This document shows, piece after piece, positions 54,476-64,000 of a stretch of DNA of 64,000 nucleotides; position 1 is the stretch's first letter; every line of letters starts with the position of its first letter. Both the position numbers and the translations under genes were made by a program. The DNA is from Eledone cirrhosa (taxonomy: Eukaryota): NCBI GenBank assembly GCA_964016885.1, contig OZ024742.1, forward strand, positions 362,080,001 to 362,144,000. The letters run 5' to 3'. The notes beneath the pieces were generated by a model. The model was not told the DNA's origin, ran no database searches, and saw only the letters and a program-made list of their open reading frames with translations.

Positions 54476-54597
54476 TCCACAATCTATTATTTAGCACTTA
54501 TTACTAAGCAATTTAATGATCTGTCCTAGGTCTAATAATAGTTTCAAGTGTGGGGTTACATCTACTATCTTAGAGTGTAGGGCTACATGTCACATAC

Positions 54598-54740
54598 AAC
54601 CCTGAGTTATTCAACAGAAAGAGGGCTGGATGGACGTCAATCATGCCCATGCGCAATCTGTTCTTGAGGGTCGTGAGGTGCTGGAGACTGAACTTTATGG
54701 TGGAGCGGAGGACCGTCGGGTCACCCATCCTCCCGCGGGC
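54598..54740 (-). CDS. Candidate host-gene exon (ARGRMGDPTVLRSTIKFSLQHLTTLKNRLRMGMIDVHPALFLLNNSG), product unknown
   Basis: Unique, GC-richer, stop-free segment bounded by CCCCAG| and |GTATGT. No homology recognised. Confidence 0.35.
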
Positions 54741-55335
54741 CTGGGGGTAGAGGTGATGTAACCACAACCCGGGGTAGATGTGATGTAACCACAGCCTGGG
54801 GTAGAGGTGATGTAACCACAACCTGGGGTAGAGGTGATGTAACCACAACCTGGAGTAGATGTGATGTAACCACAACCCGGGGTAGATGTGATGTAACCAC
54901 AACCTGGGTAGGTGTGATGTAACCACAACCTGGGGTATATGTGATGTAACCACAATCTGGGTAGGTGTGATGTAACCACAACCTGGGGTAGATGTGATGT
55001 AACCACAACCTGGGTAGGTGTGATGTAACCACATCCTGGGGTAGATGTGATGTAACCACAACCTGGGTAGGTGTGATGTAACCACAACCTGGGGTAGATG
55101 TGATGTAACCACAACCTGGGTAGGTGTGATGTAACCACATCCTGGGGTAGATGTGATGTAACCACAACCTGGGTAGGTGTGATGTAACCACAACCTGGGG
55201 TAGATGTGATGTAACCACAACCTGGGTAGGTGTGATGTAACCACAACCTGGGGTAGATGTGATGTAACCACAACCTGGGTAGGTGTGATGTAACCACAAC
55301 CTGGGGTAGATGTCATATGACCACAGCTTGGGGTA
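54741..55335. repeat. 27/26-bp minisatellite (GGGGTAGATGTGATGTAACCACAACCT)n
   Basis: About 22 units read directly. Confidence 0.95.
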
Positions 55336-55475
55336 CAGGTTTACTGGTATAGTAATACTACATTCTAGTCATTGCAATAAACACAGCAGATAGTAGAATA
55401 GTTTTCTATGAGGGTTACCACAACAAATACTCAAATGATATTAAAAATAACACTCAATCATCTCCCCCTCTTACA

Positions 55476-55539
<64 letters not shown>

Positions 55540-55644
55540 CTCTCTCTCTCTCTCTGACTCTCTTTCTCTCTCTCTCTCTGTATATATTTATATATAGATA
55601 TATACACACACAAATATCTATCTATCTATCTATCTATCTCTAGC

Positions 55645-56717
55645 CATTAAGGCTACGGCACCTCTACGTATTCCTCACCGGTCAACCGGTGTGGGCCTCG
55701 TTTGTGAGACGAACCTTTCCCAGACTCGTCTCACTCACCGAGCTGCAATCCTGGGTCAAGCAAAGACCGAGAAAACTGGCAGGCGGATCCGGTTATCAGT
55801 GGAGACTCCACCGCAACATTCTATAGAGGGCTGGTACGCAGCAGGTGCGACGACGCCCTCGGAGAAGCCCTAGACATGGAGGAGGACGAACTGGCCAGCC
55901 TGTTCGGTAGGACATTCATCCCGGGACCTATGGACAACTTCCAGAAGTCCCTGGCCTGGCAGTGCTACCGAGGGGCTTTACCCGTTCGAGAAAGGCTCTA
56001 CAGACACGGGCGCCCGGGTAGGGACCCCGCCAAAAAGATCTGTCCCAGATGCGTGTGCGACGAGGAAACCGTTGCACACGCATTGGTACACTGCTCGGGC
56101 GTAGCCGATCTGTGGGGCTATGTCGAACAACTGCTGTCAAGGGTGGGACCGATCCGGTTGACCACCGAGTCTATTGTAATGATCAAGCCGCCTCCTTCAA
56201 AGATGAAGGAGAGGCGGTGTTTCTGTGCGTAATAGCCATGGCGAAAGAGGTTGTATGGTGGACGCGTCTGAAAGGACTGAGGTCAGGCACCTTTTCTCTC
56301 TGGCCAACAACTGGTCCGTTTCTTCCGATATCATTTCGGAAGAAGGATCAGGATGGAGAGAGAGGTGCTCCGCCCCAGTCGTTTTTATGAAAGGTGGGTG
56401 AAAGTGGCGAGAATGGCCCGTGTGAATGGGCCTTCACTCTACATCAGACTATAGGTGAGGAAGATGAAAGACCAAGGGAGCACCCCTTCTCTGTGCTCCT
56501 GAGGAGAAGGGTTGCACACTTTTTTCGGGGGTGTGTGCGACCCCCCAAGGCGCCTCCTCTCTATTGAGGATTTTGTTACAAATTTTATTTTTTGTTATAT
56601 TTTATTTTATTTTTATATTTTGTTATTGCCTCCTCCTTATTGAGGACGCCTTTTTGTGTAAACTCCCCCCTTTGTACTTGTCCCACTTTTGATGCCCTGG
56701 TGGCAAATAAAAGAAAC
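55645..56717 (+). mobile_element. Tx1/L1-like LINE family T2, 5'-truncated 3' copy
   Basis: Similar to 61429-62500. Flanked on both sides by (TATC)n-TC (putative TSD). Confidence 0.9.
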
Positions 56718-56957
56718 ATATCTATCTATCTATCTCTTTACGATGGACACATGTGCTGAGCTCGCTCGGTAAGTTTTGTTTAAATTCATCCGGAAATTGT
56801 AAACTGTTATCTTTCATTTGTGTACCATTTTGTAGAGGGACTGCCAGGTCAAATTTTGATCTGGTCGGTCTTTCAAAATATTCTGCGCCTTTGGGCGAAA
56901 TAGTATTGTAAACATTTTATCTTTCGAAAAACTTCGAAAAACCCTATTTTGAGAAAA

Positions 56958-58837
56958 ATGGCTGAAGCATCTTCACCATCAATCAAAGAAGGAAAGGGGA
57001 AGTCATACTCACAGCTTCCCCCTGCCACTGTCACAGCAGCAGATGCCAAAGGCAGAGGTCAGAGAGAGGAAGAATTGTCTTCACCTGTTGACCGACCACT
57101 AGATGTAGCCACAACTATACAAGAATTTGAATACAACAACAACACCAACGACAACAACAGCAACAATAATGACAACAAAAACAACAACAACACAAACGTC
57201 ACAAGTATCCACACACCAAACGAGAAAGACAACAACAACAACAAAGATGAAAACAACTCAAACGACGAGAAACAAAACAATACTAAAATCCAAAGCGAAA
57301 ACAAAATATCTTTTGCACAAACGGCTAAATTATCAGTCGCGTATGTGCTGGAAGACATTTCAAAAGCAAAAGAAATGCTGGAAAAAGCCAAGAAATATGT
57401 ATCTTTTGGCGAAAACGGTTCGTTTTCTATACATTCACCTCCAGAACTAAACAAACAGACGGAATTACGAACTGTCGTATTCCGAACAATTTTAAATAAA
57501 ACAAAAAAACCAGCACAACCATCTCAAGCTGAAATTCAGTTAGTATTGAAAGAAGCGATGAGAGACATCACTTTTATACAAAAGGATAAACTCTATGGGA
57601 GTTTATCCATATTGATGAAAGACGAATTGGCGACGAAAAAATATTCTGTGTCGCCAATTCCGTCCACACACTACACCTTCTTCCCCACCTACATGGGTAA
57701 AAAATCCCAGAGGATATGGATAACCACCATCACCCCAAACATAAACTACTGCTGGTTACTAACCGGTTTCCTCAATTTAGACGAGGACAACCTCATTTCA
57801 ATAGGGAAGGCATCCGGCGACGCGTTCAGTGGAACGAGCATCGAAGTTCTGACCCAAATAAGGTCAGAACGCATCGCCCAAATCCCTGAGCGCGTCATGC
57901 TGGATGACCGTACCCACCTCAACATTATTGTGGAGGGTAGGCGTCCCTCCTGTTACCTCTGTGGCAATAGAGGTCACCTGAGGGCTGCCTGTCCCCAGCT
58001 CACACAGAAAAAAACACTGCTACCAACACCAACACCACCCCAACAACAACAAAAACAACCACAACAACAACAAAAACCAACAACCCCACCACCACCACCA
58101 CCACCACCACCACCACCACCACCACCACAACAACAACAACAACAACAACAAACACGTGAAAAAATAACACAGAATACTGTCCCACCCAATCCCTCCCCAC
58201 CCAAAACAAATACAAAAACACACACACCGCAAACACTACCAGAAAACATACCTCTCCCACCCAACAAGGAAGACGAACCCCTTTCGTCGCAAGACGAAAA
58301 AGATCCCTTCCAACAAGTAAAAAGAAAGAAGAGGAGACGCACCACAGACACACATGTTAACTTTAACCCCCCCCCAAGAGAACACAAACTACACACAAAC
58401 CACCCCCTCCCTGTCACACAACACTAACTGCTACACAAAAAAAGACCTTACAATATACATACATGAACACAGACAACAAAGAATTACGGAAAACAATTTC
58501 AGCAAACCCTTCGGTCCAAACTGAAAGGCCTAACTTTATAACTGCTGTGGGACTACCTCATTTAAAAATGATAAAAGTCCCAATGCACTTGTACAAAACA
58601 CTGAAAATAAATTTCACGGAGGACGTGCCCCCCCCCCCCCCTGCGCCAAACCAATCAACCGCGTCCTCCTAAAAAAGTTCACCCCCACCCCACCCAGACA
58701 TCCACTCAACCACAAACACCCCAACCCCACAACACACCGATGCCCCTTCACTTCCACAAACCACCACCCCACCCAACAACCCATCCCCAACCAGCATGGA
58801 AATTGAGCGGCCCGTTTCCCGGGACGCAGAGAGGTAA
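56958..58837 (+). pseudogene. T2 ORF1 (low-complexity N/Q/P tracts, CCHC knuckle), broken after 58427
   Basis: ORF track 56949-58427 plus downstream pieces. Confidence 0.75.
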
Positions 58838-58861
58838 GTGCCTTTTCTCCTTACCACCAAC

Positions 58862-61800
58862 ATGGCTGTGCTAAGAGTAGGGTGTCTAAATGCGCGTGGC
58901 CTGGGCTCGTCTTGGAAGCAAGCAATGCTTCTAAATGACCTCAGGTCACAATCTATAAATGTGATGGTTATCTGCGAGGCCCAGATCGGCAGCATGCGGC
59001 AGCTATCCCCCACCTTTGACGACTTTGAGATGCACGCATCTCTCTGTCAGCCCGGAGGTGGGGGTGGGGTTGTCGTTCTGCTGCAAAAACATATGGGCCT
59101 TGCAACACAGATAGTTCACTTGGACCCAGGGGGTCGACTGGTGGTGCTGGACCTTGGCAGTGGTGAAGGTGGAGCCTTTAGGTTGGTAGCCGCATATGCC
59201 CCTTTTGGGACAGAGCGGCCCGACTTTTTCCAGCGTCTGGAGTCTTTTCTAGGGACGTCCCGTTCCCTGCTCTTAGTGGGGGATTGGAATGGTATCCTGG
59301 ATGCACGTTGGAACTATGCAGGGGCATGTCCCGATAGAGAGGGGTGCAACAGCCTCAAGGGGTTACTCGGCCGATTTGACCTGGCCGATAGATTTCGACT
59401 AGATTTTCCGACGGTGCCAACCTGGTCTTGGTCAAATCGCAGCGGATCATCTAGGTCGTACCTAGATAGATTTTTAGTTAGAAATAAGGTCAGGGACTTT
59501 TTAAGTTGTCCAGAAATGCTCATGGTTGGCTATTCAGACCACAAGTTGGTGACCTGCATGGTCAACCTTGATAGAACGCATAGACAGGGCCCCGGTTACT
59601 GGAAGCTCAACTTGTCCTTGCCGGCAAGTAGAGCCTACAGGGATCGGATTAGTACGTTAGTTAAGGAACGGTTGACTGGAGCGATCGTCAACAGCAGGTG
59701 GTGGGTATCTCTAAAGAGAGAGATTAGAGTAGTCTCGATAGAATTTAGTAAGGTTCTAGCTGTGGGTAGGAATAGGAAGGAAAGGGAGCTAATAGATAGA
59801 GTAGAAGAGGCAATTAGAAGCGGCGACGTGGCCAGAGTGCTAGCGTCGAGAACGGCTTTGAGCCAGGTTTTCGACGCGAAGCACGAAGGCTGCGTTGTCC
59901 GAAGTAAAATACGTGCTCTAGGGAACGAGGGGACCAAAGCTGTCAGCTGGGCCCGCGTGACAGAAGCCAACAGTGGAAATAAATCCACCATCCGGTCTTT
60001 GCGAGACCTGGATGGACGGGCGATTCTTGAGCCTAAGCAGATGTGTGAAGCCTTTCAAAGGCACTTTGCCCGACTGTTCGGGAGGGGCGGGGAGCCGGTT
60101 GGGAACGTGGACTTCGGTCCATACCTCGACGGCCTGCCGCGCCTCTCGGACAGGGAGGCGAAGTCCTGCGAGGAGCCGATTTCGGCCGCTGAGATAGAGG
60201 ACGTGCTGAGCCAATGCGGCAAACGCAAATCCCCGGGTCTCAATGGTCTTCCTTACGAATTATATCTAGCTATGCCGGACTTGTTCCCCGATCTCCTCGA
60301 GGCGGTCTACTGCAACTGGCAACAGAACGGGAGAATTCCCTGTACTGTGACCAAGGGCGTAGTCACGCTAGTGAGGAAGGACGAGAACAAGGGGGACGAA
60401 ATAAGTAACTTCAGGCCCATAACTCTGCTAAATACAGAGTTACAGATTTTGGCCAAGGTGCTAGCAAAGAGGTTGGCGCTTGTCGTGGGCAACCTGGTGG
60501 GAGATGCGCAGACATGCGCTATCCCGTCCAGGTCCATCCATGATAACCTCCACCTCATGCGATACATCATAGAGAGGGTTGGGAACGAACCCGGCTTTGG
60601 TGGGGCTCTGATCAACTTGGATCAATCTAAGGCGTTCGATAGGGTCGACCATGGTTACCTGGATGCGGTGCTAGCGGCGGCAGGCTTCGGACCCGTTTTC
60701 AGGGGCTGGATCACTGCTATGCACAGCAGCCGCATCTGCTCTAGGGTCAAGGTGAACGGCTACCTCTCGGAGCCGTTCAAAATCGCGCGGTGTCCTCTCT
60801 CCTCCCTTCTGTATGTAATGACTCTAGAGCCACTGCTGCGGAAGTTGGAGTTCTTGCAGGGCATCCCGTTGGAACCGGGATTACGGAAAGCGGTGTCGGC
60901 CTACGCCGATGATGGAACAGTAATGGTGTCGACGGCCTCGGAAATCGGGGCGATTGGCACCTTACTGGAGGAGTACGAAAGGTTTACAGGGGCTAAGCTG
61001 AACCGGGACAAGACGATCGGTCTGCAACTCGGCACGTGGAGGGGCAGATCGATGCCCTCAGATGGCGTCGTCGGGTGCTGGACGGAGGGCCCGGTGAAGT
61101 TGCTCGGGGTCTGGTTTTGACCAGACCTCCAGGTGGAGAAGAACTGGGGTGAGGTAACGAACAGGGTGTTTGCACTGACCCAGAAGTGGGCTGAGTGCAA
61201 ACTGTACCTGAAAGCTCGGGCGGAGGTGGAGAAAACTTATATAGCGTCCGTCAGCTACTACCGCTTGACCCTTGTGCCTTGCCCAAGGGAAACGCTCGCC
61301 AAAATGGAGCGCGCACTCTTCCAATTCCTTTGGAAGAAGCGGGCTCCTATGGTGAGGAGATCCATCTGCTGTCAACACCCTTCGAAAGGAGGGCCGGGGA
61401 TGCCGTGGCTAATGATACGTAAACACGCATTAAGGCTACGGCATCTCCAGTCATTCCTCATCGGTTAACCGGTGTGGCGAGCCTTTCCCAGACTCGTCTC
61501 ACTCACCGAGCTGCAATCCTGGGTCAAGTAAAGACCGGGAAAACTGGGCACCTGGCACACGGAGTGTGCTCAGGCGCTCACGGCTCTCTGGCAGGCCGAC
61601 CCGGGTGTCAGTGGAGAATCCACCTCGTCATTCTATAGAGGGCTGGTGGTTAGCAGGTGCGACGACACCCTCGGAGAAGCCCTAGGCATGGAGATAGACG
61701 AACTGGCCAACCTGTTCGGTAGGACATTCAGCCCGGGACCCATGGATAACTCCCAGAGGTCACTGGCCTGGCAGTGCTACCGAGGGGCTCTGCCCGTTCG

Positions 61801-62238
61801 AGAAAGGCTCTACAGACACGGGTGCCCGGGTAGGGACCCCTCGAAAAAGATCTGTCCCTGATGCGTGTGCGACGAGGAAACCGTTGCACACGCATTGGTA
61901 CACTGCTCGGGCATTTCCGATCTGTGGGGCTATGTCGAACAACTGCTGTCAAGGGTGGGACCGGTCCGGTTGCCCACCGAGTCTATTGTAACGATCAAGC
62001 CGCCTCCCCTCTTCAAAAACGAAGGAGAGGCGGTGTTTCTGTACGTAATAGCCATGGCGAAAGAGGTTGTATGGTGGACGCGTCTGGCCAACAACTGGTC
62101 CGTTTCTTCCGATATCATTTCGGAAGAAGGATCAGGATGGAGAGAGAGGTGCTCCGCCCCAGCCGTTGTTATGAAAGATGGGTGAAAGTGGCGAGAATGG
62201 CCCGTGTGAATGGGCCTTCACTCTACATCAGACTATAG
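58862..62238 (+). pseudogene. T2 ORF2 (APE endonuclease + RT + C-terminal Cys motif) with premature stops
   Basis: ORFs 58838-61120, 61133-61468, 61646-61861, 61865-62185. Homologous to T1 ORF2. Confidence 0.9.
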
Positions 62239-62501
62239 GTGAGAAGATGAAAGAGCAAGGGAGCACCGCCCTCTGTGCTCCTGAGGAGAAGGGTTGCACA
62301 CTTTTTTTCGGGGGTGTGTGCGACCCCCCCAAGGCGCCTCCTTCCTATTGAGGATTTTGTTATTAAATTTATTTTGTTATATTTTATTTTATTTGTATAT
62401 CTTGTTATTGCCTCCTCCTTATTGAGGACGCCTTGTTTTGTAAACTCCCCCCATTGTACTTGTCCCACTTTTGGATGCCCTGGTGGCAAATAAAAAGAAA
62501 G

Positions 62502-62540
<39 letters not shown>

Positions 62541-62569
62541 CACAAACATAATTATATATTGGTGTGCAT

Positions 62570-62570
<1 letters not shown>

Positions 62571-62640
<70 letters not shown>

Positions 62641-62647
62641 CTGGTAT

Positions 62648-62706
<59 letters not shown>

Positions 62707-62707
62707 T
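62571..62707. repeat. (AGT)n microsatellite
   Basis: Direct reading. Confidence 0.95.
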
Positions 62708-62844
62708 TAAAGGAAAGAGGAAGGTTTATCCTATTCTTTATTTTTCTTAAATATGTTCTCTTCATCTGGGCATGAATATAATTAGATTTGTTATTCAAAC
62801 ATAGTTTCTCAGTATATATATATATATTATATATTATATATCTA

Positions 62845-62986
<142 letters not shown>

Positions 62987-63021
62987 AAAGAATAGAGGTG
63001 TAACACACAAGTTATTATATA

Positions 63022-63393
63022 TTGGTAAACGGAATGGAAAATGCTGACAAATTGTTCACAGTGAAAAATAGTTTAATTAGGAATAAATGAGAATTAGTAA
63101 TTGTATTGGTTAGTAATCAGTTTTGGTTTTAAGTTTTACCGGTTGCGCATTTCTAAATGCTTTTCAAAAATAATTTTGAGATAGAGCGTCCGTGATGTTT
63201 GATCTGATCTGAGCAAACATCACGGACGCTCTATCTCAAAATTATTTTTGAAAAGCATTTAGAAATGCGCAACCGGTAAAACTTAAAACCAAAACTGATT
63301 ACTAACCAATACAATTACTAATTCTCATTTATTCGTAATTAAACTATTTTTCACTGTGAACAATTTGTCAGCATCTTCTATTCCGTTTACCAA
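63022..63393. mobile_element. Near-perfect 372-bp palindrome with a variant HHR-like motif in each arm
   Basis: Arms ~185 bp with few mismatches, centre ~63207. Motifs at 63133-63170 (-) and 63244-63282 (+). Confidence 0.85.
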
Positions 63394-63824
63394 CATATAT
63401 ATATATATATCATAAAACATGTCTATAGAATCACCAGATAAAATATATACCGTTTCCTCTCCCAATTAGCATAATTAACCATAACAAGCTATAAGAATAA
63501 AGGCTCCTATGAAGTAATCTCCAACAAATAACCGAAAGCAGCTCCTTCGCGGTGGTTATTGAGCCACAACGTGACCCGTTGCAAAACACATATATATCTA
63601 TGACTTTATATATATATGTAAACCTTTATATGTAATAATCTCCCGTTAGGTTGAGATACAATTTGGCTGTATTGGGCTGCACTTACTAGCAATAAACCTA
63701 CCAGCCGTAAGCAACTAATCACATCCTTTCTAACTTGACCGCTGCTACGACACAATTCTTAGCCATTTTTAAATGTATTCTTGGCGCGATCACTTTGGAA
63801 AATTAATTGTCTAAATTTGAGCTG

Positions 63825-63902
63825 ACTTCCTGATGAATCCGAAGCTCTAGATGTCCCCTGTTATCGAATGTCTTAAAATACGGACGAAACCATGGTAGAG
63901 GT
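63825..63902 (+). ncRNA. Type I hammerhead ribozyme motif with extended helix II
   Basis: ACTTC-CTGATGA-ATCCG...CGGAC-GAAA-CCATGGT-A-GAGGT. Palindromic helix III, GUA triplet. Confidence 0.8.
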
Positions 63903-64000
63903 AATGAAATATGTACACATTTCTTCAAAGTTTATTTTACACCTAATTATGTTTGGTTGACTGTATATCTGGTCGATTTATACATGGGATACTGGTAACA

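Larger units (their letters stand above)
56738..62501 (+). mobile_element. Tx1/L1-like LINE family T2, full length, decayed
   Basis: ~220-nt 5' UTR, ORF1 with CYLCGNRGHLRAAC knuckle, ORF2 APE+RT (YADD), AATAAA and A-rich end before (TA)n. Confidence 0.92.

Noticed and set aside
54741-55335. CRISPR-like regular repeats and three long ORFs
   Set aside because: Units are contiguous with no unique spacers and no cas genes. The ORFs arise from a stop-free minisatellite.

Overview
Eukaryotic, repeat-saturated DNA with no confidently identifiable host gene. The (TA)n-rich background and SINE types suggest an invertebrate, plausibly a cephalopod mollusc (inference). 1-26 kb is a head-to-tail pile-up of six minus-strand R4/Dong-like RLE non-LTR retrotransposons (two families, A and B), most junctions marked by (TTA)n. 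One copy has an intact 1216-aa ORF, and a Tx1/L1-like LINE and a SINE are interleaved. 26-50 kb and the last 1 kb are (TA)n microsatellite fields holding three decayed Penelope-like elements (PLEs), RTE and CR1 fragments, SINEs, and about 17 hammerhead-ribozyme (HHR) motifs read by eye. Most HHR motifs lie in short non-coding cassettes, several arranged as fold-back palindromes. One cassette is a 490-nt HHR-to-HHR tandem unit (retrozyme-like), and two cassette families carry a non-canonical U3-A8 core. 54.7-55.3 kb is a 27/26-bp minisatellite, and 55.6-62.5 kb holds two tandem Tx1-like LINE copies. Also notable are an apparent retained intron in the 5' leader of family B and an HDV-like fold in the 5' leader of family A. 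All coordinates were counted by hand and may be off by a few bases. No database search or folding program was run.
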